Shown: piece by piece, positions 36,237 through 46,433 of the stretch | How the letters are laid out: every line of letters starts with the position of its first letter | Numbering within the stretch: the first letter of the stretch is position 1 | From: Alphaproteobacteria bacterium CG11_big_fil_rev_8_21_14_0_20_39_49 | GTDB taxonomy: Bacteria; Pseudomonadota; Alphaproteobacteria; Rickettsiales; UBA6187 | DNA length: 64,000 nucleotides | Assembly (NCBI GenBank): GCA_002787635.1 | Contig: PCXK01000015.1 | Coordinates: forward strand, 68,869 to 132,868 | Direction of reading: 5' to 3' | Position numbers and translations under genes: made by a program | Notes under the pieces: model-generated | Told to the model about the DNA's origin: nothing | The model's input: only the letters and a program-made list of their open reading frames with translations | Database searches by the model: none

Positions 36237-37684
36237 TTACCCCCGACTACCACAAAGGTCATTTTATTTACGTCCAAAAGGCGTTTAGCTGCTTGTTTAA
36301 TCTGCTGTGTTGTTACGCCTTTAACATAATCGTTCCTTTTTTCCAGAAAATCGATTCCTAAATTTTCCGTTTGCATTACAGATAAGAACTCTGCCAGATT
36401 TTCATTCTTGGTCATTTTGAGCGGAAAGGAATTTATCAGATAATCTTTTGCGTCATCTAGTTCCTGCTCGGTCACGCCTTTTTCCTGCATCTTTTTTATC
36501 TCGGATTTAATAAGGTCTATCGACTGATTGACCTTTGTGCTGTCAGTGCCTACATAACCTGAAAAAAGACCCGCTTCACTATAGATATCAAGAAAGCTGT
36601 ATATAGTATAGGCAAGACCGTTTTTTTCACGCACAACGTCCATAAGGCGTGATTCAAAACCGCCGCCGCCTAATATGTGGTTCATGATATAAGCCGGATA
36701 AAAATCCTCATCGTTACGCTTAACCCCTTTTGCCCCGAAAAGGACGACACTTTGAGTTATGTTCTTAGGTATATCTACACGCTCACCTTTATCGTTTATG
36801 ACGACCTTGGGGAATGTCTTTATTTTCTTACGGGCTGAAGGGATTTTAAGGTATTTATCAAGAAGGTCGGCAACCTGTTGTTTCTTTACGTCCCCCACTA
36901 CACTTATAACTATATTCTCATCGGTAAAGTTATTATTTACAAATGATATAAAATCATCTCTTTTTAAGGATTTTATACTCTCGGGCGTTCCGAATTTTGA
37001 TTTGCCGTAAGGGTGATTAACGAATATAGTTTCATCGAATTTCCTTGATGCTACGTACCTTGGGTTTTCTTTTTGCTTTTCAATTATTACCAGTATCTGA
37101 TTGCGAATCCTTTCGACAACATCAGGTTTAAAATCAGGCTTTGTAAGGGGCAGGTTAACCAGCTTTAGGGATTCTTCCAGATTTTCCTTCAATGTTTTTA
37201 TCGAAATATGAAAATTATCTTTGTCGGTATTAAATGAAATTGAAGTAGCAAGTTCCTCCAGTTTTTTTCTATAATCCAGTGACGATATACCGTCGGCTCC
37301 TTCATCAAGCAACCCTGACACCATATAGGCAAGCCCTTCCTTTCCCTCAGGGTCATATGCCACACCGCTTTTGGTGAATGTTATTTTTACAGATACGATA
37401 GGTAAGTAATCATCTTCTATCACCCATGCTTTATAACCGCCCTTTGAGCTTACTTCTTCCACCTTCGACACTGAAGCTGATGCAGCATTAGCTGTAAAAG
37501 ACATTATAATAAGAATCGGAATTGTACGTTTAATGATTGATGTGTCACCGATGAACTTGTTCAGGGTATTGTGTCCATGTGTGATATGCTGAAACAAGTT
37601 CAGCATGACAAAAACAACTAATTTTAACGACTCAACCATTAAACGTACAATTCCGATAAAAATTAAAGTAAGTAATTTTTTCAT
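36233..37684 (-). CDS. M16 (pitrilysin)-family peptidase-like protein lacking the HxxEH zinc motif; the N-terminal signal peptide is interrupted by a repeat
   Basis: M16 fold signatures (EGLAYMVSGLLDEG at the usual HxxEH position, NPRYVASRKF, GGGFESRLMDVVREKNGLAYTIYS). Residues 11-56 are encoded by repeat copy A2. Confidence 0.8.
   Translation of the reverse strand: MKKLLTLIFIGIVRLMVESLKLVVFVMLNLFQHITHGHNTLNKFIGDTSIIKRTIPILIIMSFTANAASASVSKVEEVSSKGGYKAWVIEDDYLPIVSVKITFTKSGVAYDPEGKEGLAYMVSGLLDEGADGISSLDYRKKLEELATSISFNTDKDNFHISIKTLKENLEESLKLVNLPLTKPDFKPDVVERIRNQILVIIEKQKENPRYVASRKFDETIFVNHPYGKSKFGTPESIKSLKRDDFISFVNNNFTDENIVISVVGDVKKQQVADLLDKYLKIPSARKKIKTFPKVVINDKGERVDIPKNITQSVVLFGAKGVKRNDEDFYPAYIMNHILGGGGFESRLMDVVREKNGLAYTIYSFLDIYSEAGLFSGYVGTDSTKVNQSIDLIKSEIKKMQEKGVTEQELDDAKDYLINSFPLKMTKNENLAEFLSVMQTENLGIDFLEKRNDYVKGVTTQQIKQAAKRLLDVNKMTFVVVGGK
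37517..37655. repeat. Repeat family A, full copy A2, located inside the M16 coding sequence
   Basis: cggaattgtacgtttaatg...gtgtcaccgatgaacttgttcaggg...gatatgctgaaacaagttcagcatgacaaaaa...cattaaacgtacaattccg has 19-bp perfect inverted termini. Confidence 0.75.
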
Positions 37685-37892
37685 GAAACCTATATAGACA
37701 CAGCTTTTATAAGCGGTAAAGCAATTTTTATAGTGTTTTACGGTAAATTTGAATTTATTTCGACTATGGTCAAGCCATAGGTATGACGGGTAGGATACAA
37801 TTCCATATTTTATTAACTTTACCGGCTTTTTTCACTTGAAATTAAATTATTATGCAAATAACATCATTTTATAAATACAAAACGGTTTGATA

Positions 37893-38537
37893 ATGATTGA
37901 AAATAAATCACCGGATAAAACAATACATTGGGACGAGGTAGAAAAAGTGCTAAAAGAAGATTTTTCTGAAGAAAAAATCAGGGATATACTAGGAGAAAGC
38001 ACTGATGAGGTTTTTAGGCAAATAGGTGAGGATTATGAAGGAGGCAAGCTAAAGCCGCGTTCTCCTGATGATGAACACGGTGCGTGGTACGATTCTATGT
38101 TTAATAATATTTATGATAATATTAGAAAGCAGAAAAATCTACAAGAAGACAAAATTTTCAACAAAGTATCCGAATCTATGGCAAATAAAGAACAGAAGAC
38201 TTTTACTGAAAAATATAAGGAACCCTTCATTCCGGATACCGAAGAGTACTATGTTTCAATAGATTATGACAAAATAACCGGACAAAATTATCTGGATATG
38301 GCATTTGATGAGATGACCTCCGAAGAAAAAGCCGTAATACAACAACTTGAAGAAGAAAGCCTTGCCAAATCCGTTCATGATAAAGAAATAAAAGAAAGAG
38401 CTGATTGTGTTAACAAGCCCAAGCCTAAACGAAAATTTGAAATTATCGAAAAAGACCCTAATGTATCAATTGCAGAAGCGGTAACAAGAAGAAGACAACA
38501 GCAGCGAGAAAGCTCTGCTTCAATAGTTTGTCGATAA
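37893..38537 (+). CDS. Hypothetical acidic protein (about 214 aa)
   Basis: ORF only, E/D/K-rich, no family recognised. The ATG at 37893 is preferred over the TTG at 37887. Confidence 0.4.
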   Translation: MIENKSPDKTIHWDEVEKVLKEDFSEEKIRDILGESTDEVFRQIGEDYEGGKLKPRSPDDEHGAWYDSMFNNIYDNIRKQKNLQEDKIFNKVSESMANKEQKTFTEKYKEPFIPDTEEYYVSIDYDKITGQNYLDMAFDEMTSEEKAVIQQLEEESLAKSVHDKEIKERADCVNKPKPKRKFEIIEKDPNVSIAEAVTRRRQQQRESSASIVCR

Positions 38538-38664
38538 GCAATAATTTATTGTAACTTTTCTATTTCTTTGCTAAAAACTATCAAAAATATGAGCCTTTAT
38601 TGTAATGCTGAGTTTATTTCAGCATTTTTTCACAATAAAAGCTTAATAAATGTAGGAGTTACCG

Positions 38665-39765
38665 ATGGGTTTCAATTGTGGTATAGTAGGTCTTCCCAAT
38701 GTGGGCAAGTCAACTTTATTTAATGCACTCACTCAAACCGCTGCCGCAGAAGCGGCTAATTATCCGTTTTGCACGATAGAACCCAATGTTGGGCGTGTCG
38801 GAGTTCCCGATCACAGATTATACGAATTGGCAAAAATAGCCGCTTCTAAAGAAATAATCCCCACCCAGCTTGAATTCGTTGACATTGCAGGTCTGGTCAA
38901 GGGAGCAAGCAAGGGAGAGGGCTTAGGAAACAAATTTCTCTCACACATACGTGAGGTAGATGCAATTGTGCATGTACTGCGTTGTTTTGAAGACGATGAC
39001 ATAACGCATGTTGAAGGCTCGGTCGATCCTTTGCGTGATGCGGAGATAATAGAGACGGAACTGGTTTTAGCCGACTTAGAGTCGGTTGAAAAACGCATAC
39101 CGGCTCTGGAGAAAAAGCTACGCTCGCAGGATAAGGAAGCAAAAATACAGATGGAACTATTACAACGTGTTCTAAAACTTCTGGAAGAAGGCAAGCCTGC
39201 CCGTAAACTGGAAGTATCCGCCGATGAGGAAAAAGCTTTCCGTACTTTACAGCTCATTACTTCAAAACCGATAATGTATGTATGCAATGTGGCAGAGGAA
39301 GACGCTAAAGAAGGCAATGAATATTCTGCTCAGGTTGCAAAAAAGGCAAGTGAAGAAGGTGCGGCTTGTGTCGTAGTATCGGCTCGAATTGAAGAAGAAA
39401 TATCTTCACTTGAAAATGATGAAGAGAAAAAAGAGTTCCTTGAAACTATCGGTTTAGAAGAAGCCGGTCTTAACCGTGTTATAAGGACGGGATATGAGCT
39501 GTTGAACCTTATAACCTTCTTTACCATAGGTCCTAAGGAAGCACGTGCGTGGACGGTTAAAAAAGGCTCTCTTGCCCCTAGGGCGGCAGGTGCTATCCAT
39601 ACCGACTTTGAAAAAGGCTTTATCCGCTCTGAAACTATTTCATACGAAGACTATATTACCAATAAAGGTGAACAGGGTTGTAAGGAAGCAGGCAAAATGC
39701 GTCTTGAAGGAAAGGAATATGTCACCAAAGACGGTGATATAATGCATTTTAGGTTTAATGTTTAG
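38665..39765 (+). CDS. ychF: Ribosome-binding ATPase YchF
   Basis: [30 protein letters not shown], and a C-terminal TGS-like domain ending ...[11 protein letters not shown]. Confidence 0.95.
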   Translation: MGFNCGIVGLPNVGKSTLFNALTQTAAAEAANYPFCTIEPNVGRVGVPDHRLYELAKIAASKEIIPTQLEFVDIAGLVKGASKGEGLGNKFLSHIREVDAIVHVLRCFEDDDITHVEGSVDPLRDAEIIETELVLADLESVEKRIPALEKKLRSQDKEAKIQMELLQRVLKLLEEGKPARKLEVSADEEKAFRTLQLITSKPIMYVCNVAEEDAKEGNEYSAQVAKKASEEGAACVVVSARIEEEISSLENDEEKKEFLETIGLEEAGLNRVIRTGYELLNLITFFTIGPKEARAWTVKKGSLAPRAAGAIHTDFEKGFIRSETISYEDYITNKGEQGCKEAGKMRLEGKEYVTKDGDIMHFRFNV

Positions 39766-40505
39766 TCCTTCTCAAGCCAGAAGAGAACCCTGCAATTAGC
39801 ATCAAAGTCCGTAAGTACATATTCTACAGGCGGTGCTTCCGTTCTTTCTTTATCAACGCATTTATCTGCTGTGGCAGCAACATTATCACCCCTGATAGCA
39901 AAAAGGTTACCTGTTCCCGCACTTGATACCCCTTTATCACCGTCATCAATTTTTTTATCAATATAATATGAGTCCGCAGAATTCAGAATACCGTTAAAAC
40001 CGCTACCTTTTTTAACCGCAACATAAACCCCTCCGGTTCCATAACTGTCAGTAATATTGATAAAATATGTTAAATTGTCTATTGCCGAACTTTGCGGTAT
40101 GTTAACGCCTCCCACACCATGACCGTTTGCCGTACCCGTTCCGTCATAATCTCCGGTAATAAAACCTGCTTTTGCCATATGTGACCACGCCTGAAATCTT
40201 TCTGATGCCGTATATAGTTCCTCATCACCGTCACCGTTTAGTACACCTGTCGGATTGGTTGTTGCATTGTAAGCTCCCCAATAATCGGTTGCAGCATTAG
40301 GCAAGTCACCCGGCCAGTAATTATATTTATTGCGGAAATTCTCCACTCCCGTTGCATAGCCCCTTAGCTCCGATATTACGGTATTTAACTTCGCCGTATG
40401 CAACATATGCGAACCACCGGCTATTGCTGCAATAATAAGCCCTATAATTACCAAAACCACTGATAATTCAACAAGACTGAACCCTGAACTTACTTTGTTT
40501 TTCAT
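39762..40505 (-). CDS. Type IV pilin-like protein (prepilin N-terminal methylation motif)
   Basis: MKNKVSSG|[21 protein letters not shown] (G/F cleavage site, Glu5). The C-terminal Cys pair (ADKC...DANC) resembles a pilin D-region. Confidence 0.7.
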   Translation of the reverse strand: MKNKVSSGFSLVELSVVLVIIGLIIAAIAGGSHMLHTAKLNTVISELRGYATGVENFRNKYNYWPGDLPNAATDYWGAYNATTNPTGVLNGDGDEELYTASERFQAWSHMAKAGFITGDYDGTGTANGHGVGGVNIPQSSAIDNLTYFINITDSYGTGGVYVAVKKGSGFNGILNSADSYYIDKKIDDGDKGVSSAGTGNLFAIRGDNVAATADKCVDKERTEAPPVEYVLTDFDANCRVLFWLEKD

Positions 40506-40830
40506 ATAGTAATATTATCACAGGTTAGTTAATAATTCATTAATTTATGCCATTTTAGCATCTTATGTCATTGTGCATTGCACAGCATTTTTATTACGAA
40601 AACGCATCGGATTTGTTGTATTTTTGACTCTTTTGTGTTAGTATTAAGAATAAGGAAGTAGGATTTTAAGGAAGTAAGTAGCACTACAAACGCTATTTTA
40701 TAAAAACAAACAAAAATCCGGATAATTTAACTCGGTTGTATTTTTTCGAGAACTGAAGGCTATTTTTTATTGAATTTTGAAAAAATTAAAGCGGAGAATT
40801 ATATAAGATATATAAGGACGGTAACAAGAA

Positions 40831-41184
40831 ATGAGAATTAACATATTATTACGAAAACTATTAGGTGTGGCATTATGTATGCCGTTATTTGCCTGTGGTT
40901 CAGGCGATAATATAAATTATGTTTCTCGTGACCTGCTTGATGCCGACCCGCTATATCAAAAAGGCATCTCCGATATGAAAAAACCTACAAATTACGGTGC
41001 TTTGAAGCTTCAAAAAGACGATGATTCGGATCATGAGGGCAAATTATTTGTTATCCAAAAGAAGAAAAAAGTCTATCAACTAGAGACTATGTTCAAAGAA
41101 AGAAATAATAAGAAATACTATTTTGCCGTAGGAATGGACTATAAACAACAAACTCCTCACGTATCTTTCAGGGTAGAGTTTTAA
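40831..41184 (+). CDS. Putative lipoprotein (117 aa)
   Basis: Lipobox LFAC at residues 19-22 (MPLFACGSG). No family recognised. Confidence 0.5.
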   Translation: MRINILLRKLLGVALCMPLFACGSGDNINYVSRDLLDADPLYQKGISDMKKPTNYGALKLQKDDDSDHEGKLFVIQKKKKVYQLETMFKERNNKKYYFAVGMDYKQQTPHVSFRVEF

Positions 41185-41213
41185 TCGGAAACTCATTCAT
41201 TTATTCTTATAAG

Positions 41214-41239
41214 TCCCGTCTATGTGGCGGGATTTTTTT
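41214..41239 (+). terminator. Rho-independent terminator after the lipoprotein gene
   Basis: tcccg-tctatgtgg-cggga followed by TTTTTTT. Confidence 0.5.
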
Positions 41240-41244
41240 GATGG

Positions 41245-42075
41245 TTAATGACGAAATAATGTTGCTTCCATCATCATGTTGCAGGCAGCGGCAATATCAT
41301 ATGTTATCTTGTAGGTAGCCGTAGAACCAGATCCTGACACACAATTTGGATTTACACCTCCGGGAATCTGATATCCGCCATGACTTACCACGATTCCAGC
41401 ATATGGCGACCCGTCATCTATTTTTAAATCAATATTATAAGCGTCATTCGGCTTGAATATCGGAGCATGATAAAGGAAATTAGTACGCTTTGTACCAACA
41501 TTAAAACGGTGTTTTCTGCCTATTGCCGAATCTATATTGTTCGCCCACCAAATATACCTGTTCATATACCATCCACCGTTAAAATACCTAGTTTTCGGGA
41601 TATTAACTCCGGCAGCAACATTAATATGGTGCTGAATTATATATTCTCCCTCAATGAAACCTGCAAGAGAAAGATGTTTCCATGCTTTTATTAGCTCGTA
41701 AGTTTCTGTTACCACATAATAATCATGGGGAATATTGAAGTTACCGTTACCATTACAAAGACTTGCAGATGCGGCACAATCACTTCCCCAATAATCCCAG
41801 GCGTTAGGCATATCACCAGGTGTAGCTTTGAATGTGGCATTGAAATTGTTAAATGCCGTATCATAAAGGTTATACTCTAAAATTATCGAGCGGAGTTTTT
41901 CCTGCTTAATTATCGAAGCACCTGTGACCACACCTGCTGTGATAAGTCCTGTAACGATAATAACTATCGAAAGTTCAACAAGAGAAAATCCTTTTGCTTT
42001 TGGTAATAAACCCATAATTAAACCCATAATAAAGAGTCTTAAGACCATTGTAGTGAAATTTTTACATTCTTGCAA
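41245..42075 (-). CDS. Type IV pilin-like protein, paralog of 39762-40505
   Basis: ...KAKG|FSLVELSIVIIVTGLITAGV, C-terminal Cys pair (NPNC...AAAC). It shares motifs with the neighbour (PGDxPNAxDYWG, AWxHxxxAGFIxGxY, GVNIP, DxKIDDG). The true start is probably an internal Met, for example 42015. Confidence 0.65.
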   Translation of the reverse strand: MQECKNFTTMVLRLFIMGLIMGLLPKAKGFSLVELSIVIIVTGLITAGVVTGASIIKQEKLRSIILEYNLYDTAFNNFNATFKATPGDMPNAWDYWGSDCAASASLCNGNGNFNIPHDYYVVTETYELIKAWKHLSLAGFIEGEYIIQHHINVAAGVNIPKTRYFNGGWYMNRYIWWANNIDSAIGRKHRFNVGTKRTNFLYHAPIFKPNDAYNIDLKIDDGSPYAGIVVSHGGYQIPGGVNPNCVSGSGSTATYKITYDIAAACNMMMEATLFRH

Positions 42076-42087
42076 TATTTTGTTTGT

Positions 42088-43554
42088 TTATAACACCCTT
42101 GCCTCTTTGCCGACTACATCAGCTAATAGCTTAAATTTCTTCTGAACGGACTCCCCGTATATATTTTCAATATCTTTATTTATCGAAAGCGAAAGAACAT
42201 TCTTGCTCATTCTTAATTTTGCTTTTTCCAACACGCCGTACTTGCTGCCTGATATCGTTCTGGCAAGTTGCATTGCCGCCCCTATTGTCTGTGCGTGTTG
42301 AATCTTCTTTGAACTTAGCAGTTGCCCCATTGTCGATAATATATTTATATCAGGGTATGAATCATACCTGAAATATAACGACTTAGCTATAAACAGCCGT
42401 TCCGTGTGATTAAGCCCGGTAAGTGATGAATCCAGTATTTTACGATATGCCATTTCAGCCCTGTACTCGGTATTCTCGTAAGCGGAAATATCGCTCATTA
42501 TACAGGCGGCAAGACGCAGCCTTTTATCATCTACACTATTATTTTTACTGAATAACGGTTGCATCCATTGTGCAAGTTCATAGCCGTATTCACTGCTCCT
42601 TAGCATTCTTGCCATCATCTCGGAAGCACCGCAAAGAAGTGGATCTTGCAGTTTTATTTCATCGTTCAATTGAGAATATAAAAACCCTTCTCTGACACCT
42701 GATGCGGAAAAAACTATGGTCTTGGGCTTTCCTATTTTAATAATATGCTTTAATACCATAGCTGCATAAGGCATTAATTTCATACGCTTTTTCGATATGC
42801 CGGGAATTTTAAGCAGGGATTCTTCCGACATACGGCTTAATATCATGATAGTCGTCATGATATCCTCGGTTTCCACCTTATAATTATGAATTACTTTCAG
42901 CGGGTAGTTTTTCCTTCCCATATGGACTTTGGCAAGGTTACGGAAACTACCGCCGACGGCGTAGAAGTTACTTCCTGCAAGGCTCTCTTTTAAAGGGAAC
43001 TGCTTTATATATTGTTCTATATAGCCGTCAGCTTTACTATGTTTATTGCTTATATTTAAGAGCCTTAACGGACCTATAGGATATGATACGCCTTTTTCAA
43101 GGTCATTGCTCTTAACGCTTACAAGCTCAAGACTACCTCCGCCTAAATCTCCTACAACACCTTTTGGCTTGGTAACAGAAGACATAATTCCCATACCGGC
43201 GTATTTTGCCTCATCTTCTTCTGAGAATATTTCTATCTGAACTCCCAGTTCATCATTTATCCTTTGTACAAAATCCTTACCGTCTTTTGCGTCACGCACG
43301 GCAGCCGTTGCGAAAAGTTTCAGGTTTTTAACGTCCATTATCTTTGCAAGGCTCACAAAACGCTTTATGGAACGTAAAGCCTTTTCAACACCTTTCTTAT
43401 GTAGCTTGCCTGTCGAATCGATATTTTTAGCCAGTCCGCACAACACCTTTTCGTTGAACAACGGCATCGGCGCACGCTTTAGACCGTCATATATAACAAG
43501 CCTTACGGAGTTTGAACCTATATCTATTAAAGCTAACGGGTTAGAATGAGGCAT
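42088..43554 (-). CDS. ppx: Exopolyphosphatase / Ppx-GppA family phosphatase
   Basis: ALIDIGSNSVRLVIY and DLGGGSLEL are ASKHA-fold motifs of the Ppx/GppA family. It lies 5 nt downstream of ppk. Confidence 0.85.
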   Translation of the reverse strand: MPHSNPLALIDIGSNSVRLVIYDGLKRAPMPLFNEKVLCGLAKNIDSTGKLHKKGVEKALRSIKRFVSLAKIMDVKNLKLFATAAVRDAKDGKDFVQRINDELGVQIEIFSEEDEAKYAGMGIMSSVTKPKGVVGDLGGGSLELVSVKSNDLEKGVSYPIGPLRLLNISNKHSKADGYIEQYIKQFPLKESLAGSNFYAVGGSFRNLAKVHMGRKNYPLKVIHNYKVETEDIMTTIMILSRMSEESLLKIPGISKKRMKLMPYAAMVLKHIIKIGKPKTIVFSASGVREGFLYSQLNDEIKLQDPLLCGASEMMARMLRSSEYGYELAQWMQPLFSKNNSVDDKRLRLAACIMSDISAYENTEYRAEMAYRKILDSSLTGLNHTERLFIAKSLYFRYDSYPDINILSTMGQLLSSKKIQHAQTIGAAMQLARTISGSKYGVLEKAKLRMSKNVLSLSINKDIENIYGESVQKKFKLLADVVGKEARVL

Positions 43555-43559
43555 AACGG

Positions 43560-45728
43560 CTATTCCTTTTTATTATCGAACGGGAATAGTTGATAGATTT
43601 TCTTACGCTGCTTTTCCGACTCCGCTTCGGTAATAGCGTTCCCCCTTCCTGAAAGGCTTGGGTTGGTCATGAAATATTCATGTGCCGAAAAATCGTTCGG
43701 TGAATTTGACTTACGTATATACCGCCCGTCAGGTTGCAGATACCAGCTTTGTTTTTCATCTTTTAGGTTAGCTATCATAATTTGTTCTAAAACCTGCTGA
43801 TGTACCGTTTTATTAGTTATAGGAACCATCACTTCCACCCGTCCGTTTAAATTTCTTTGCATCCAGTCCGCAGAAGATATATAAACTTTAGCATTTTCCG
43901 AAGGTAGTGCCGAACCTCCCCCGAAACATAATATCCTTGCATGCTCAAGAAACCTTCCTACTATACTTTTTACCCTTATATTTTCAGAGAATCCTTTAAT
44001 ACCCGGACGTAATCCGCAAACACCCCTTACCACCAGATCTATAGATACTCCTGCTTGCGATGCTTTATATAACGCATCTATTATGTCGGGGTCAATAAGA
44101 GCGTTCATTTTTGCCCATATTGCCGCAGGCAAACCTTCTTTTGCGTTTTCTATCTCGTTTTCTATATGCCACATTACGGTGTTCCTAAGGGAAGATGGCG
44201 AAACGGCAATTGACGCAAAATTATCAGGCGACGAGTAGCCGGTCAGGTAATTAAACAGATAAGCCACATCGTTGCATAATATCGGGTTACATGTAAAATA
44301 TGATAAGTCCGAATATGTCCTTGCAGTTACGGGGTGATAATTTCCCGTTCCAAAATGCACATATGATTTTAATGAATCATTCTCACGCCTTACAATAAAT
44401 GATACCTTCGCATGGGTTTTCAGGTCAACGAATCCGAACACCACCTGTGCACCGGCTCTCTCTAAGTTCCTTGCCCATCTGATATTGGACTCCTCGTCAA
44501 AACGGGCTTTTAGCTCGACAACTACCGTTACCGACTTTCCCGCCTCGGCCGCCTCAATCAGTGCCATAACGATAGGTGAATCGTTACTTGTTCTGTATAA
44601 GGTCTGCTTGATAGCTACAACATTAGGGTCTCTTGCCGCCTGTTGCAGTAGCTTTACTACCACATCGAACGTTTCATAGGGGTGGTGTATCACAATATCC
44701 TTGGCAGCTATTGCCGCAAAACAATCACCGCCAAAATCATTTATCCTTTCAGGGAATCTTTCTTCATAAGGTTTAAATTTCAATTTAGGCTTATTTATAA
44801 AATGCAGTTCCATAAGCCTGTCCATACCCGGAACTTCATCGACCTCTATAACATCGGCTGCACTAACGCCCAGACCTTTCATGAGAAAATTGTCAAGGTC
44901 GTGGTTCTTGGATAATTTTAGTTTAAGTTGAATCACCTTTCCCCTACGGCGTTTTTTTACTACGGTTTCAAAGTGATTCATCAAATCTTCGGCTTCTTCC
45001 TCTATCTCAAGTTCACTGTCACGGGTTAGGTGCAATACGCCATATCCGGTTATGTTCTTTTCAGGAAAAATATCATCTTTATAAATCTCAATAACATCTT
45101 CTAATAATATATAGCGTTCCTTATTACCGGGAACTCTGACGAACCTATTCAGCTTTGACGGCAGCAGCACTATGGAATATTGTTCTTTTTTCTCATCTTC
45201 ATTATAAAACTGCGAAACTACTGCCAGTCCCATATTAGGTATAAAAGGAAAAGGGTGTGCAGGATCAACTGCTATAGGTGAAAGCGCGGGGAATATATTC
45301 CTTAAAAAATAAGTATTTAACTCCTTAATATCTTTTCGGGACAGATTTTCTTTACTTACTATATACACACCGGCTTTTTTCATATCTTCTTTAAGATGTA
45401 TCCAGCATTTTTGCTGCTCCACAACCAGATTTTCGGATTTTTCTCGTATCTTTTCCAGTTGTTGGGCTGCGGTTAATCCGTCCTGACTTACCTTTCCGAT
45501 ACCGCTGCGTACCTGTTCTTTTAATCCTGCCACCCTGACCATGAAAAACTCGTCCAGATTACTCGCTGATATTGCAAGGAACTTTACCCGCTCAAGCAAC
45601 GGGACATTCTTGTTATTTGCTTCCTCCAACACACGGCAGTTAAATTCCAGCCATGAAAGCTCACGGTTTATGAACCTCTCGGGAGGGTGTTTAAAAAAGG
45701 GTTTTGTATCTAGAATATTTTTTTGCAA
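43560..45728 (-). CDS. ppk: Polyphosphate kinase 1
   Basis: FINRELSWLEFNCRVLEEA, LDEFFMVRVAGL, two PLD-like HKD-type segments (KTHAKVSFIVRRE; GRFLEHARI), 722 aa. Confidence 0.95.
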   Translation of the reverse strand: MQKNILDTKPFFKHPPERFINRELSWLEFNCRVLEEANNKNVPLLERVKFLAISASNLDEFFMVRVAGLKEQVRSGIGKVSQDGLTAAQQLEKIREKSENLVVEQQKCWIHLKEDMKKAGVYIVSKENLSRKDIKELNTYFLRNIFPALSPIAVDPAHPFPFIPNMGLAVVSQFYNEDEKKEQYSIVLLPSKLNRFVRVPGNKERYILLEDVIEIYKDDIFPEKNITGYGVLHLTRDSELEIEEEAEDLMNHFETVVKKRRRGKVIQLKLKLSKNHDLDNFLMKGLGVSAADVIEVDEVPGMDRLMELHFINKPKLKFKPYEERFPERINDFGGDCFAAIAAKDIVIHHPYETFDVVVKLLQQAARDPNVVAIKQTLYRTSNDSPIVMALIEAAEAGKSVTVVVELKARFDEESNIRWARNLERAGAQVVFGFVDLKTHAKVSFIVRRENDSLKSYVHFGTGNYHPVTARTYSDLSYFTCNPILCNDVAYLFNYLTGYSSPDNFASIAVSPSSLRNTVMWHIENEIENAKEGLPAAIWAKMNALIDPDIIDALYKASQAGVSIDLVVRGVCGLRPGIKGFSENIRVKSIVGRFLEHARILCFGGGSALPSENAKVYISSADWMQRNLNGRVEVMVPITNKTVHQQVLEQIMIANLKDEKQSWYLQPDGRYIRKSNSPNDFSAHEYFMTNPSLSGRGNAITEAESEKQRKKIYQLFPFDNKKE

Positions 45729-45912
45729 TTGATACCTTATAAATTATGTGCTTATAATAGATATTATATAGTGATTAGAGTCTAAGAGTCTAGTATTTAG
45801 TATAAGCATATCGAGTGTAGTTACAGAACGTATAAACCGTAAATTTTCTAAGCTTAATTCAAAAGCCTAACCGAAAAATAACGGTTTCAATATAATAAAC
45901 AAAATTATAAAA

Positions 45913-46431
45913 ATGAAAAAATTATATATATTAAGGCATGCAAAATCCGATTACCCTGAAGGAGTACAAGACCATGCACGCCCTCTTAATAAAAGGGGAA
46001 ATTCAGCCTCCGTCGCAATGGGGAAATATATCAGTTTAAACCGGATAAACCCCGATGTTATATTATCATCTGATTCTACAAGAACCACACAAACCATTAA
46101 TAACATAGTAAGGGAAGCCGCTATTGAAACTAAGGTAGATTTTATAGGCAGGCTATATCTTGCAACTCCGGGAGAAATATTAAAGGAACTTGCCAAGCTT
46201 GATGATAGTTTTTCTTCTGCGATGGTAGTATGCCACAATCCGGGAGCCGAGATGCTTACCGCCATACTGGCGGGAAACGGTAATAACGGAGCATTGCAGA
46301 ACTTAAAAAAAGGTTACCCTACATGTTCTCTGGCATGCCTTACCGTAAATTCGGATAGCTGGAAAAATATAGATGCAGGCAGTGCCTATCTGGACGAATT
46401 TATTACCCCTAAAATTTTAGTAAACATATAA
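45913..46431 (+). CDS. Histidine phosphatase superfamily protein (SixA-like)
   Basis: LYILRHAKS (RHG-type motif) and a later CHNPG segment; 172 aa, typical SixA size. Confidence 0.7.
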   Translation: MKKLYILRHAKSDYPEGVQDHARPLNKRGNSASVAMGKYISLNRINPDVILSSDSTRTTQTINNIVREAAIETKVDFIGRLYLATPGEILKELAKLDDSFSSAMVVCHNPGAEMLTAILAGNGNNGALQNLKKGYPTCSLACLTVNSDSWKNIDAGSAYLDEFITPKILVNI

Positions 46432-46433
46432 CC

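Noticed and set aside
39762-39765. Convergent genes sharing overlapping stop codons (ychF/pilin at 39762-39765; saccharopine-DH-like/pyrC at 50772-50775)
   Set aside because: This is real in the sequence, but it is a common consequence of compact genomes. No functional implication can be supported.
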